From Lama guanicoe (lineage: Eukaryota), in NCBI GenBank assembly GCA_013239625.1, contig MU054323.1:4690214-4754213 (forward strand): a stretch of 64,000 nt of DNA. Direction: 5' to 3'. The position numbers and the translations under genes are program-made. Numbering within the stretch: position 1 is the first letter of the stretch; each line of letters starts with the position of its first letter. The notes beneath the pieces were generated by a model. It made no database searches. It had not been told where the DNA came from and saw only the letters and a list, made by a program, of their open reading frames with translations. This document shows positions 11,160 through 25,359 of the stretch, in pieces.

Positions 11160-12340
11160 TTCTTCTATTAAGGTAAGATTTTAATTTAACCATGTGTACA
11201 ACAGAGAATGCCATTTAATATGTCAACACAGGAAAAAAAAACAATTTAAAAGATCAATATAATGAGAGAATCAAAATAAAAATAATTTCTTTGTGCCAAA
11301 AACACTATTATAAAAATTAAAAGGTAATTGTGATTCTCACAAATATTAAAAATAGTTTGACTTATAATCAACCCAAAATAATTTTTAGTACCAAACACCT
11401 CAGTAGAAATTGGATGGAATTTCAAACATACCAAGTCATTTTCAACACAAACGTCAAAAGGATTTTTATGGACTTTGACAGGGTCCTCTAAAATAATCTA
11501 GAAAAGAAAGTGCATATGAATAACCAAAACTAAAAGAAGAACAGTAAGTGTATCTCTAAGCCTTCCTAGATGCCAGAATATATCATAATCTATAATAATT
11601 ATTATTGAATAGTACTAGCATAAAAGTAGATCAGCACAGAAGTGGAGTAGAAAGTCCATATGCATGTTTTTAAAAAATGTATTCTTGAATTCGTGTTTTA
11701 TAAACACAATTAGGGAAACAAAGAAAAGCCAGAAAGCCATTAGAAGCCTTTGATGTTATTCTAACTGGTTAATACGTTTATAGGATATGCTTACTTATCT
11801 CAAGGAATAAAGAGTGAATTAAAACAAATATGGAATATAATTTTTGCCTAACGTGAAAAACTTAATTGACACTACTAAATGAAATAAATGTCAATTTATC
11901 TGACATATTCATTTGTTAAGTAAAATAAATGTATCAACTTCATATATTATAAAGAGCAGTATAAATTGATACAACTTTTCTGGATTTAATTTGGCAATTC
12001 ACAGCAAGGGATTTAATACACTTTTAATACAGTATATTTTGACACTGTATTTGCTCATAGGAAAGTATCTTAAATAATGATCATAAATACAGATAAAGTA
12101 CTATGTACAAAGATATTCTTTTTTTAATAAAAGACTCAAGATTTCAATTTTATGAAGTTGGTGAGGATATAGGGAATTTAGTCATCTCATATTAAAATGC
12201 TTGTATTTTAACTGACAGTTTTTCTGGAGATAAATTGGGACTAAAATATATGAAAATCCTTAATATTGTACAAACTCTGTGACTTAGCCATTCCACTTCT
12301 AGGAATTTACCCTGAAAGCATAATTGCAAAAAGGTCTTAA
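11160..12340 (+). mobile_element. Old L1 (L1M/L1ME) ORF2 and 3' relic
   Basis: A-rich decayed ORF2-like sequence; ataaattgatacaacttttctgga...atttggcaat; gacttagccattccacttctaggaatttaccctgaa. Confidence 0.7.
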
Positions 12341-12377
12341 AGTAAGTCTGAATCATGGTTCCGACTTCCACTTTATA

Positions 12378-12540
12378 TAGAGATCAGTACACCTTTTCTC
12401 TAAAGCGCCAGAGAATAAAGACCTCAGGGTTCCCAGGCCATATAATCTTTGCCTCAACTGTTGTAGGCAAGATGTAAATCAATAGGCACGGCAATGTTCC
12501 AATAAAACTTTATTTTAACAACGAGCCTGTGATGGACTGT
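12378..12540. mobile_element. MER58A-like DNA transposon relic
   Basis: ttttctctaaagcgccagagaataaa...caggccatataatctttgcctcaact...ggcaatgttccaataaaactttattt. Confidence 0.75.
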
Positions 12541-12888
12541 TCATTGCTCTACTTAGTTACAATGTCATCTACATAAAATACATTTTCTTTGTTTGACCGT
12601 AGATGATCTAGTCTTCCTTATTAGCCTCCACTTAGTATATTCAATCTGTTCTAATATTTAGCCTAGTATAGCAATTTTAAAATTATTTTAGATAATGTCT
12701 AGTATTGGGGGGGGGAAATAAAGCTCAGTTTTTCTTATGCTTATTCCATAGTCCTGCTTTACTTGAAAATGCATTTAGGAAATTGGGGGACATGACCTCT
12801 TGCCTACATGGTGAAAAACACCACCCCCCAGATCCACTTTGAGGTTGGCTTCAGAGGTATCTACTGGGGTGTGTTTGGACTGAGCTCC

Positions 12889-13420
12889 TCTGCTCTGGTT
12901 ACCTCTTGCTGCATAATAAACCACTCTAAAACTCAGGGACTTAAAATAAAAACTGAAAGTTCTCTTTCACAGTTCTGTGGATGGACTGGACTTAGCTGGA
13001 TGGTTCTATCTTCGGGTCTCTCAGGCTTGCAGCTACAGTGTTGGAATCATCTATAGCTTGGTCTGGGCTGGATGAACATGACCCACTCACATGGCTGACA
13101 GTTGATGCTATCCATGGATGAAAGTTCACCTTACGTTATCACGTGGAGAGCCCACACATGACCTCTCCGTGTACCTCAGGCTTCTCATAACATGGTTCCT
13201 GGTATTCCAAGAGACCTTCATGGAAGGTTCAAGGCTTTTAATGAGTTAGCCTCAGAAATCCCAAGTGTTACTTTGGCCACATTCTATTGTTCAAGCAGGT
13301 CCCAAAGAAAAATCCAGATTCAAAGGGAATAGAATCATAGACTCCACTTCTCCATAGAGGAAGGTCATGCATGTACAGGAGGAAAAGAAGTAGTGGCCAC
13401 TGTCAACACCAGCTACCATA
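12889..13420 (-). mobile_element. MaLR LTR (MLT1G/H-like)
   Basis: ttgctgcataataaaccactctaaaactcagggacttaaaata...cactcacatggctgacagttgatgct...ggccacattctattgttcaagc...ccagattcaaaggga...ctaccata. Confidence 0.8.
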
Positions 13421-14829
13421 TTATCCTGGATTCTGCTGGCAGCTACAGCTGATACCTTTCACTGACAATACACAGACCGATTCCTTCTCACTTCAGTAAG
13501 AGCCTAATGGTCTCTCTTTGCTAACTCAATTGCCGTTCAACTCTAGTCTGGGTTCTAGATAGTTCTGATTCTGCGTCATTTCCTCCACCAGGCAGCCTAC
13601 CATAGTAGTCCATTTCCAGCTTATGTCATCAAGTCACCTTAACTTTGTCACACAGTGCCACGCCACTTAAGCATTAGGAGAAGCTTAGGAAAACAAACCA
13701 GAATCCTCTCTTTCGGACACAAAACATCATTCATTAATTATGTAGTCTCCTTCATATTTATACCTAATGCAGAATAGTTGTGTTCTGAGTCTCCATTTCA
13801 ATAATTAATATGACATATGTTGATCCCTTTGGGTTAAAGTCTGATAGAGGATATCGGGACACCCATCTGATCAGGTACTTCTCCCATTACTTTCCTATCG
13901 TTCCATAATCCTTGAAGATGGGATGGATAGTCACATTTACTTTCTTTACATCACATTCTCCTGACTGAATCCATCCTTGTGGTTAAGTGTTGGTGTGAGA
14001 AGATATATATGGTCTCATAAATCAAGCTTATTTCACAATATACCAACGGAATTTCAAGCATCTCTCTCTCCATATTAAACATTGCTTGCAAGCCAATTGT
14101 CTTGCTGAAAATATCTTTATCTTGCTCTGGGAGTATGTATACCTCTTGGCTCACATTTTGAGGTAGAAAGCTGAGACTAGATTAAAGGAGCAGATAAAAG
14201 AAAAATAACTGTAAGTAAATATCTAAAACAAAGGAATGTTTAAGTAAATAATGGTACCACTACTTGATGGGACATTTAAAGATTTTTGAAATGCTATTTA
14301 CTGAAAAAGAAGAAAAAGGATGAAGGATGTTAATAATTCAATGTTGAGTTTAATAGTTTATGTTTGCAATGGAGTGACATTGGCTTTTTCAAAAAAGAAT
14401 AATATTTATTTTTGTGTCCATTTGTATTTTCTCCATGTATTCATATCTTTGTCTTCTTAATTAGAAATGATACCTGATGCTCAGTCTTTGTTCTTTCCAA
14501 GTGTCTCTCTCAGCAGTTGTACTCACTTCCATGACAGCAACTACCATATTTATGAAGAAGTTCTCAAGACTCAGGTCTGTACTCTGGCTGCTCCTGTGTG
14601 CTTCAAATCTTTGTAACTATGTGCCTGCAATTCTTGTTGAAAATCTCATCCCTTTGACCATCTTGTGCCAAACTAAAGCTATCATCTTTCCATCAGGCTG
14701 ACAGCTCTTTGTTCTTTTCCTATTTCTCTCAATAATAATCTATTTTCCCCATTTCCCAGAAGATATGGCCTGTAATAGTTTTTGACTCATCCTCTCTTGC
14801 TCTTATCTCCAATATCTGTATCACAGACA

Positions 14830-15330
14830 CTGTCACCTGCCCTCAGCCACCCCCTTGCCTTATTTTTGACAATAGAAATGACCTTTTTTTTTTTTTTTTA
14901 GTATCAGAAGTCAGCTTCTCCAGCTTCTCATGTCTCAAGTGCTAAATCTTGGTAAGTATAAATGAATAACAGTAATTTCATTTTCCTTGATCATAATTGG
15001 TTAGAACTGGGCACGTGGTACAATTCTGGCCACTGAGTTCTGAGGGGATATTTGCTGAGATTAGCAAAGTTGTCTTCATTCTTAAAAAGTGACACAAAGA
15101 AGAGAAGCAATTTCTCTTTTCGGGGGAAGGAGATTCCTTAGACATTATTGGATAAAAATGTGATACAGCCAATACAGCCATTACAGCTATATTGAGAACA
15201 TAAGGGGATAAACCTCAGGGCAAAGGTCATCTTTGCTGAGAAAGATGAGGAGGGAAAAACAGAAATAATCTGGGCCCTGGATGAGCTACTGAATTAACCA
15301 AACCTTTAGCCTTCTGCATAATTTTGATTT
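14830..15330 (+). mobile_element. MaLR LTR (MLT1H/I/J-like)
   Basis: aattggttagaactgggcacgtggtacaattctggccactgag...ctgggccctggatgagctactgaattaacc. Confidence 0.65.
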
Positions 15331-15419
15331 GGGCTTTTCTTCCCCAATTAATTTAGTGACAAGACCTTTTAATTATGCAGACAATTCCAGTGTTATGGGA
15401 AGACAATTAATATTCATTA

Positions 15420-15540
15420 CAACGTAGTTCAGGCCTTAGCTCTGCTACTTAAAAGCTGTGTGATGTTAGGGAAAATGCTTAGGTTCTATAAGTTTCTGCA
15501 TCTTTGAATTAGGGACCATAATCCCAAATGTGTTCTAAAT
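15420..15540 (+). mobile_element. MIR SINE fragment
   Basis: gttcaggccttagctctgctacttaaaagctgtgtgatgttagggaaaatgctta. Confidence 0.65.
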
Positions 15541-16059
15541 ATAGGATAAAAGGCATACAACATAACTTTGATGGAGTGAAGACTTGTATCAACAGAAAAT
15601 TAATATTTTATCTTTTGAGTCTAATGATTTATTGATTTCTGGAGTCACCTTTCCATGGCCACTACTCTTGTTTAGAACTGTACTTTATCCTATTTTAAGG
15701 CAGAGTTCTAAATGTTAGCTTTACCCCCAATTTTCTCCAGTCTCTAAATCACCTAGTCAATAGGGTAATATTTATAATAATTTCTTTTTGTTGAGAAATA
15801 TGGTATATAAGAATATAGATATAGAGAATTTGAATCAATGACCAGACTTGATTTAATTGGTAAATAAATGTTCAACTCTGTGTCTTAGAAGCAAAGACTA
15901 AACATGCTTTTCAATTGCCTTTGTTATTCAGAAATAACACTGATCATATTCTACTCAATAAAGAATATTTAACTGCAAATACTTTACACACAATGAAGTG
16001 CTAATAGTAAGTATTTACTAATAGATAGCTCAATTCCAGATCCCTGGGGGGCTGGGGTA

Positions 16060-18640
16060 CTCTGCTAAATAATGGTGTCATCAAAATTAAATAAAGCCCT
16101 GATACATATCTATTTATCAATAAGCACTCTGAAAAATTTCTACCAAAACTTAATGAGATTAAAAACAAAGGTATATCTAGGGGAAACATTATAGATTTAC
16201 GCCCTTTTATTTTTAAAGCATATAAAATTTTAAGCTTAAGTAAGGTAATAAAAGAGCAATACAGTAAATCGTATAACATCAGAAGAAATGAGTTTAAGAA
16301 AGATAGAAACATGATTAATACAATTAGAAAACTAAGTCACAGAATACTTGATTTAGTCAATAACTAAAATTTTTAAAAAGACCCATACAACAGAACAAAT
16401 TCTAGCAAGCATCATCCGTGAAATGAGAGAGAGGATATACTGTTCCTAGTGCTATAAATGAGAAAGAAGTTATAACCACAGCTACAGAGACATATATCCC
16501 AAGATTGAAAACACTAGGATAGGAGTTCTGCTCTCTGTTCTGATGTAGAAAATTGCAAGAAACTATAGAGCTCACCCCAAACATCAAAACAAGCTTGAGA
16601 AACTGTAATACCGTAGTTTTTGTAAAGCCCTCGAGGGCTAAGGACACAAAGAAGCTGAAAGGAACTAAACAACAGGAAGTGAGTTTCTTCTTATAAGAAA
16701 GAGGAGACCGTTTCTCTCATTCTTGCCAATGCAGAAGGAGGAGGAATCCACTAGGAAGGGGTAAACTAGCAGAACGTCCATCAGGCTTTGAACTAACCAT
16801 CTAAGAGCTGACGTGGTTTGACAGTGTCGAATCCCCAAAAGGCGAGCCACCAAGCAGGAGTCCCTCACATTGTCAACACGCTCCTTTGTGCCTTCATGGA
16901 AGCATTGAGGAGCATGCCAAAGGGAGGGGCCAATGGAAGAGTGGTGCTGAGAGGTCCCCCTTCCCTGGGGTAGCGGGTAGGCAGGGAAGCCAAGGGACAC
17001 ATCTGAGGGTAGACAGATCCTGAGTGGCACTGGAAGGAGGAGCCTCCCGTGTGGTGGCTACACCAGCTTGTAGGTAAGTAGAATCTCAAAAGCAGTTCAC
17101 TTAAGATGCAGGCACCTCACTGCATACAGGTTATTCCTTAACTTAAAACAATGCTTTGGGAAGAGGACTTTGGTTGTGGCATGTTATGCAAAATAAAGAG
17201 GAAGAACGTTAGAATTCCCCAGAAAACCTAAGGTTTAGTTTCTTACAAATCAGACATACCTTTCCCCACAGATGTAGCTATATGATGTATTATTGTATTA
17301 TTGTATTATTATTGTATTATTGTTGCCTGAACTTCAGCACAATTTTTTTTTTGGTGCCAAATTATGTAGGCAGTACACTTGATCTTATGGAGGTATATTT
17401 AGCTAGAGAAGTTTTCTGCTGTATTTGAATATAAAAATAGACTACAAATCGAGATGTATAGTATCTTGAGAGACACATGTCGAAAACAACAGCCAACAGA
17501 TGAAAGAATCTAATCTAAACACCTAATAGCAATTTCTATCTGGTTTTTTTTCCTACTGTGTTTGATTTTTTTTGGCAATAATTCTGTGTCATTTGTGTAA
17601 CTAAAAACAAGTTATTTTCTAATAAAACAAAAAACACCAGTATAAATAAGATGAAGATCTCAAGGAAAACAGCTGATTCAATTAGCACATAAATTAATGA
17701 AATTGTATGATTCACGATTACTCAATATATTAATACTATACATTAATAGTGTAATAATTTGTGTTAATAATGTGAATAAAATTATGATTGTAATGACACT
17801 ACTGGCTGAAAAGAAATCTGATAAATGAGACAAGTGGCTAATTATTTCAGGAAAAACAAAAAGCAACCTGCTTACTTCAGATCATTCATCCAAATAAATG
17901 GCGGGTAGTTTTTTTTTTTAATTAAAACCATTAAAAACAATACAAAATGAAGAAAAATGATATAATATTGAAGGTAGGGAAAGCTTTTCTAAGGATCAAG
18001 CTAAATGTTGATTTAAAGAAAAATATTGCTGTATTTGACTATGCTTCTTTATATCTAAATTTTAAAAGCTTCTTTATATCTAAAAAGTATAAAATTAAAA
18101 TCTCTAGGGAGAATATTTTCAATGAATATAATTAAGGGGGTGATAACTGTACAAAACATTATTACAGATAAATTAAACAATTATGAGATCACTTAATTCA
18201 CAAAAGAAATGTAAATCAGCATTAAATGTATGAACATAGTCAACTTTTTTGATTAGCAATCAAAAATTCAAATTAGAAGCACAGTGAGTCACACTGAGAT
18301 TATCAGCCTGTCAAAGATAAAGAAAAGATGATAATACCTTCTGGTGAGGGTTTAGGGCCATGATTGTCTCAGTCTCTGACGGTGCAGTGCAAACTCGGAA
18401 AAACTTTCTGGAGAGCGATTTATGACAGCATGTGTCAAAGTCCTTAAAATTATGCATATCCTTGGATCCAGTCATTTCGTTGCTACGAAGTGATTTTTTT
18501 CCTAGGGGTGAGTTTGCAAAGATAAAAATTCATGCAGCTTTGTTTATCGTAGTGTTTTTTTCCAAAATGGAAAACAAACTGTTTACCAATAAAACTCCTA
18601 AAAGCATTGTTACTTAAATACATATGACAAGCAGATACTA
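16060..18640 (+). mobile_element. Composite of old L1 fragments (ORF2-like, 5'-end-like and 3' UTR pieces)
   Basis: A-rich L1 ORF2-like runs at 16.1-16.5 and 17.5-18.4 kb; L1 3' motifs cacttaagatgcaggcacctcactgcatac and aactttctggagagcgatttatgacagcatgtgtcaaagtccttaaaattatgcatatcc; a GC-richer block at 16.5-17.05 kb may be an L1 5' UTR piece. Confidence 0.6.
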
Positions 18641-18654
18641 AGCAGACGGAAACC

Positions 18655-18880
18655 ACAGTAGAGCAACTCAGCAGAATCTGGAGTCCAAGTGTCCAGATTC
18701 GTTTCCCTGCTCTGCCTCTTCTCAGCCGTGTATTCTTGGGGAAGTTGTTTAAATGTTCTCATTCTCAGAGGCGATTGCAGCAGTCTCATCAAACTGTTCT
18801 GAGTTTGCATTAGTTCATAAACAGAAAGGAGCGGTGCCTGACCTAAACCAAGTGCTAAAAAAAACGTTAGCTCTTATCAG
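18655..18880 (+). mobile_element. MIR SINE (near full length)
   Basis: ctggagtccaagtgtccagattcgtttccctgctctgcctcttctcagccgtgtattcttggggaagttgtttaaa...agtgctaaaaaaaacgttagctcttat. Confidence 0.8.
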
Positions 18881-20299
18881 TAAGTGTTGTAGATTTAACT
18901 TAAAACATTAATTTTATCATAATGCTCTTTTATGTCCAGGACACAGAATGGCTTCTAAGTGTGTAGAGATCACATTTAAGCATTTCCACTTAGCAGGAAA
19001 CCATCCCTACTGTAAAAAGTAAACAGAAAATTCTTTGTGTTTGGACACATCTGGGTGCCTCTGCCTCCGCTGCGGTGCTTCTCCTGGGCACTCTTGCTAG
19101 ACTAGGCATGTTTCCTCCACTGCCTTCTTATCCATCTTGGGTCTCTGCTCCAGTCCCCTCTCCAGCCCATGGAAATTATCAGAAAAAGGAATTCTGACAT
19201 GTCAAGCTTATGGCAACATTTCTGGCCCATAACATATGCTTCCCTAAATTTCCCTTGAAAAAGCTCCCCAAGGGTGAGCTCTGTGTCCTTTCCTTCATGA
19301 AGCCCGTTAGTACCCAAAGCAAATACTGGATATACACACCTAGCCATATAATTTACAGTGTAAAGTCAAGGCACACCAGCACCTGTGGCCTCTGTGGTCC
19401 AGTCTGCAGGAGTGTTCGTGTCTCGTGACTGCATCTCAGAACACTCCCAGACTGATTTCGACGGAGATGAAGAGCCCAGCCTCACACAATAGTGGGAACC
19501 GACTGGGAAATTTTTGAAATCAGATGCCTTCCTGAGATGTATGGCACACATTTCTTGTGTCTACAGAATCCATAGATTTCTTCATGTATTGCAGAACTGT
19601 GCTTTCACTGTCATGTCAAAATTCAGGTGGGCGAACACTTCAGAGAGAGAGACACGCGCAGTGTGCATTCGTTCCAAAGTCGTCTGGAGGTTTAGAAAGT
19701 CACAGAATAGTCTTAGTTTAATCAGAACAAGTTTTCTCATTTCCCCCCAAACAATTTGATGTACTTGGGGGGTTGCAGAGATCCCAAGGACTTCAGAGTC
19801 CAGCAAAATCTGATAAACTCTTCAAAAAGAGTCCTTCAGAACCTCTCAGACCAACTGCAAATAACTTCCCATTTATTTGAACCAGGTGACAATATCAAAT
19901 CACATTATGTTCATGTGGGAAGTAATTGAAAGGCAACTCTTTAGCTCTGAATTCAGAAGTTGGTCAAAAGTCTAATATTTTCAAAAGCTGTACCATGTTG
20001 AGAAAGTGGAGAAAATTGCATTTTTCTATCTTTCTAAAAAATCTAACAGTATCTTTCATTGCATTTTTTAAGGTACCTTGGTTGCTGCTGTGCTGTTGAA
20101 AGAACAGATCAAGGACAGAAGGCTGAGAGATACAATATGCCCAATTTCAAACAGAAATGCTGCTGAGTAATTCATTACCTGTTTTGTTGTTGTTCGAGGA
20201 AGGACTGGAATAAAGGTAGAAATACGTAGATGAGTAAATACAGTTGAAAAAAGGAAGGTGATGGAAAGTAGTCTATTTACATATGGAGAGTGGTCAGGA

Positions 20300-20490
20300 A
20301 TCCATTCATCTATCCATCCATCTAGTCACCTATTCACCCATCTCTCCATCCGTTAATTCTTCTTCTTCTTCTTCTTTTTTAAAAATATTTTATTGAGGAA
20401 CTCCCGTGCCAGGTTTCTGTTCTAGGTGCCGAAGAAGCATCACGAACAAAGCTGACACAGTCTCTGACTTACCGAGTTTACAGTCTAGCA
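20300..20490 (-). mobile_element. L2 3' end with (TCCA)n-like tail
   Basis: ccattcatctatccatcc...aatattttattgaggaactcccgtgccagg...gagtttacagtctag. Confidence 0.75.
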
Positions 20491-20879
20491 AAGGAAGGGT
20501 GTATTTTATACTCTCACTAATTCTTCAGCAACGAATGAGGAAGCACCAAATGTCACCAAAATGTGAACGTCTTTGGGGAGAAGGCAAAACTGTTGTTTTC
20601 TCTCAGGGCTCGTCCCCCTTTCTACTCCTCCACTTGTTTGAGGTCCCTCAGAACAGCACAAGCCCCTCAAGGATGGGTAGGATGTAGGGTTCACTTCAGT
20701 GCTACCTCAGCACCTGGCAGAGAGCACTGCCTGCCTCGTAAGCTGCGACACCTACCTCCACGCGTCGGCTTCTCACTATTATAATTGCTGTATTTACTAC
20801 GGTAGACCTTCAATAAACATGGGTTTTTTAAATGCCAAAACCCCCACATATTCCGGAATTCCGTGAACTCTTTCTACAA

Positions 20880-21810
20880 TACGGACCGCCCCGTGTTCTC
20901 ATTTCCAGCGTCTTCCTTCCAGCCCTTGCCCTGCCATGCCCTCTGGGGTACCCTCTTTCTCCTCCCGTACTTCTGTAACAGTGCAACTTCACTACCTTGG
21001 TTTCCTTCGAATTGTTTGACTACTTTTTCTCTGTTGTGCTGAGAACCCTGTTCAGTTCAATTCAGCTCATTGCAAGTCAATTCAGCTTAATTAATATTTG
21101 AGCAATTACTACATACTGGATGCTGTTTGTCATGTCTATTTAGAATACTCTAAAATCCAGTCTTCAGCCACCCTAGCTGATGGATCTAAACCTACACTGT
21201 CTATTGGCCATCATCTCCCAGGTACCCTAAAATCTCCACATTTAAGCATATCTAAAGGTAAACTTTTTATTTCACTCTGAAAGTAAAAATCTGCCTACTT
21301 CTTGCTTCGGTTAATGTGAACATTATTTCAGTCACCCATTATAAGTCTCCATGTTGTATGTAACTACTTCTTCAAAATTCCCTTGAATCAAGCTTAATTT
21401 TACTCCACATACGACTCACCTGCAATCACCAAATGCCTTAACTTGCGTTATCCCTTTTATACCCTCTTGAGCTCCCAGCTACACAGCATATATTGCTAGA
21501 TTACAAAAATAAGTCAACTTTAATAAACCCTCGACTCTTACAGAAGCAGGTGTAATTTCCTCAGTCTGGGGTATAATAGCTTGGGGTGCAAACCCTGCAG
21601 CATCATTGCCTTATTTGCCACTGATGCTCTGTGTACATCCTACACTCCAGGGAAAGTGGGCATCTTCCCAAATGTTATGTGATTTCTTGCCTCTGAATTG
21701 TTCTCCAACTTTTCTCACCCTTTGCTATTCCTACTTCTGTCATTCTGGGTGTTAAAACTCTTTCTAGCTCTTAAGCCCTAGTTTAAATCACACCTTCTTG
21801 ATGATTTATG
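20880..21810 (+). mobile_element. Degraded L2 fragments
   Basis: Pyrimidine-rich L2-like blocks (ctccacatttaagcatatctaaaggtaaact; ctagtttaaatcacaccttctt). Confidence 0.45.
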
Positions 21811-23789
21811 CTATGATGAAAATAAATTTAAAAAGAGAAGACATAAAGAGGATGGCCTTGAGTAACATACAGGCTTGAATTAAATCCTGGATACACCACT
21901 TTACATGCTGTTTGATCATCGACAAATTACTTGAAATTGTGACACTGCTCCAAGGAGGGAAAATGTTCTATCTCTTCAGAATGAAGCCAATCCTCCCTTG
22001 GACTTTGAAATGAAGAAGGTGGCTAAATAGCACTATTTGATTAAAATAAGTGTGAAAACACACAAGGGATGCTGGATGTCAACTGTCCTGAAATTTAGGA
22101 GATCACTGGCAAAGCACCTATCAGGACCAAGGATGAAATCTTTTGCAAACTAGTAGGCTGGTAATCAGACTCCATATTCCCACCCTTACGACATGGGAAA
22201 ATAGTTTCTGAAGTATCCAGGATGATTTCACTCCATGGATTCTGCCCCTGCTCTTCCATCCTCTAATGTAGACATCAACTTAAAAATTTATTCTGGGACC
22301 ACAATTCCAAGTAAAAATCACGGCTGATGGCTGAAATTAAGGAGTGGCCCTTTAGTGAGTTGTAGAAGTGATGCATTTTGGCAGTTTCAGATTTGGACAG
22401 GTTAATTCTGGCAAGGAACTAAATACATACTCCTTAGCTTCCCTTCTGCATATTAAAAACAAAAACAAAAAGGAGCTTACTAGCAAAAGCATATAGTGAG
22501 AACACTTTCCATCAGGGTTACGTTTGGTAAGCGATGTGCCTGTCCACTCACCCTCCAGCCAGTGATCTTAGAAGCTGGGTAAGTTAAAAGACCCAGTCAA
22601 ATGCATGCCCCGACTCAACCATGTCCTGCCAAACATTAACCCAGATTGATCTCTTTCACTTGAATGACTGAATAAAAATAGAAGTACATAAAAATATATT
22701 TGACAACATACAGGATAATTATATAGGATAATCCAGCTTAAAAATATTTACATTAAGCAGCAGAAAAATCAGCATCAATGTTGGCTTCACCAAAATTAAA
22801 ACATATACACAGTATAAGGGGAAAAAAGAAACATTATGTAAGTGGGGAAGCTGAAAGCATCCAGCTTGCTCAGCTAATCCAAATTCAGTAATTTTATTTT
22901 CCTATGGGCCTCTAATGGTTTTTGTATTTGTGGCCATAGAACTTGGATTTTCTCAAATTTATATTAAAGGAGACTTTTTATTATTGGTATGAGGCATTTT
23001 TCTGTTTTGATTCCTCTGAAATTTTATCCCAACTCCTTTTTCTCTTCCAGGATTTCCTAAAAGTGTATGCTTTGAATCCTTTCTTATTTTCTAGTGTTTA
23101 TATAAAGTTATTCTTTCTTAATAGCTTTTCTGCCATTTCAGTTAACTTTCGGTGGGAAGGAAAGTAGAAAAATGACCTCAGTTTGCAATCTTGTTCCAAC
23201 TCCTCCATCAGATATTAATTTTGCATGCAGGGAAACAATAAATGTTACTCTTAAAATATTACAATGATTAAAAATAAATTAAAAGGTAGTCTTTGCTTAT
23301 GTGAAAAAAACAGCTAAATGGAACACCTCATTTTCCCAGTGATAACAACATAATGAGACATTTCTGTGCCATGTTAAAAAAAAAAACAAAAATCCTTGCT
23401 GTAGAAAATTCTTTTTGAGACTCAAGTGTAAATTCTTTTTCATAATTTTTTTCTACTTTATGCTGATCTAAAAAGAGAAATGTGGTACTCTACAGGATTT
23501 GCAGTAACATATAAACACATGTCTCTCTTCTATGGATATTAGGGTCAATCTTTGAATGTGGAATATTTATTGTTTGTAAGTTGAGGAGACAGTGAACAGC
23601 TAAACATCAGTTCTAACCCACTATTGCAAATCCATTCCAAACTTTGAGACTTACTGTGCTAAAATTATTTGCAAAAACACTGGCATATAGGATTAAAGTG
23701 AAAGCATTTGACGTGCACTGTAGCTAAATATGTTATATCTTTAGACAATGTGGCATCCTCTGCACCCAGTGGTGATAATATATATTAAG

Positions 23790-24175
23790 TATGTAACCAC
23801 CCCTCCTTCCCTGAGTTCTGTATTTCAGGGGTTGGAATACTGGGAACTACATTTGTTGGAATCCATATCAGTTGGATCTTGGGGTTGTGTTCTAACAACA
23901 AAAGTAACAGATAAAGGATGAAAAAAAAGTCCAGCTCCAACAGCACCTGTGGATTGGGGTGAGGGATTAACTCCACTTCCTCACTTTTCTTTCTCTAGCA
24001 AAGAAGGGGGCGGAGTGGGGTAGTTGAACTTCCTCTACGTTCTGGTCTCTGGGTAGCACCACCATTCCTTATAACCCTTCCCAACAATTTTTAACTATGT
24101 TTCTATATTCAGTTTTCTTCTGTTTGAAATTCTTAGAGTGGTTTCTATATTTCTGGCTGGACCCTGTCTAATGCA
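23790..24175 (+). mobile_element. ERVL LTR (LTR33-like)
   Basis: ctgggaactacatttgttggaatcc...ttttcttctgtttgaaattcttagagtggtttctatatttctggctggaccctgtctaatgca resembles the LTR33 3' end. Confidence 0.65.
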
Positions 24176-25359
24176 TGTAATATATATGTGAACTGTATTA
24201 ATTAAATGAGGAAATGAACTTGGACTGAGTTGGGAAACCCTCTGCAGTGAACCCTTAGTGGTGCAGATTCATGTTTTCTCAACAGCATCCACTCTATCTG
24301 ATGCACATGAGGAACAACTTGACGGCTTTCTTGTAGATGCCAATCCTAGAGACCCAGGGTGCAGGAGACAGACAGCTCATCTTCATGCTTACTGCCTAAT
24401 TACGCTTCCTCTGACTGATTTCTGGGGCAAACCAGCTCTCCAAGATTGCCTTTTGTCACTGCCTGGATACTGCTTACTTCTGTGCCCGTAACAGACGTGG
24501 CCTTTATCTGGCCCTCGTATTATCCAAAATCTTGAAGGATGTGGACAAAAGTGATGTGCCCTTTGAGGTAGTATCTTTGCTGAGAGCAGAATTGGTTTCA
24601 GATGAGATGTCATATTTTTCAAGTGCGGCCTTGCCTGCTTGATCCACTTTGTCACATTACTTCTTCTGGTGTGTATCACATTATGTGAGGTCATGCCATC
24701 AGAGTTAACAATGAGACACGCTGTTGCCAGAGCAGTGGCACCCAGACTGCCGCAGATTCAAAAGCCCTTGGTTTTTGTGCAGCCTTGGAAGACACAGGAG
24801 CTGAATCTTGTACCATCAAGTCCTAGAGTCACCATACAAAATAAATACATTTTTTTTCCAAGAAAAAATAATCAACAGGCTTGAAGAAGTCTGAGGTAAC
24901 ATTCTGGAGGAAACGCTGCCATCAATATTGAAGTTTGAGCTCCGATGCCCTGGCGAGGCCGTGTCTCTTCCCATTCAAACCCCCAGCGATGGCAGTCATT
25001 CTGGATAAATTGTGCCTTGATGCTTCTGCACTAGACAAATTCACAGGAGCATCTTTTATAGATTTCAAAAAGAGCTTACATTTAGAAAACTAAGACAGTC
25101 TGGGTCTTGCCACTTTGATTCATATTTAGAACCAGAACAAATTTCTCTTTCGGTTGCCCGTGGAAGACACATTCTCCAAATCGATGTCTGGAATCGCTAG
25201 ATAAATTTCAAAGAATAGATTTTTTTTCCTGACCTCATTTGAATGTCTAGACATTTGTGGATTATTGGCTCTACACCATCTGAAACATCAAGCCAATATT
25301 CCCCAAACCAAATTTAACCTGTAGAATTAAGAATGCAACCAAGAACTGTAAAATCAGAG

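Noticed and set aside
17285..17325. Short (TATTGTAT)-like tandem repeat and other 9-15-bp local duplications (e.g. ~3196, ~4797, ~28048, ~33309, ~59425)
   Set aside because: Ordinary slippage products with no spacer-repeat architecture, so not CRISPR-like.
24564..24585. let-7-like start TGAGGTAGTA
   Set aside because: Only the first 10 nt match let-7; the rest (TCTTTGCTGAGA) diverges, and I see no complementary 3p arm (CTATAC-like) to form a precursor hairpin.
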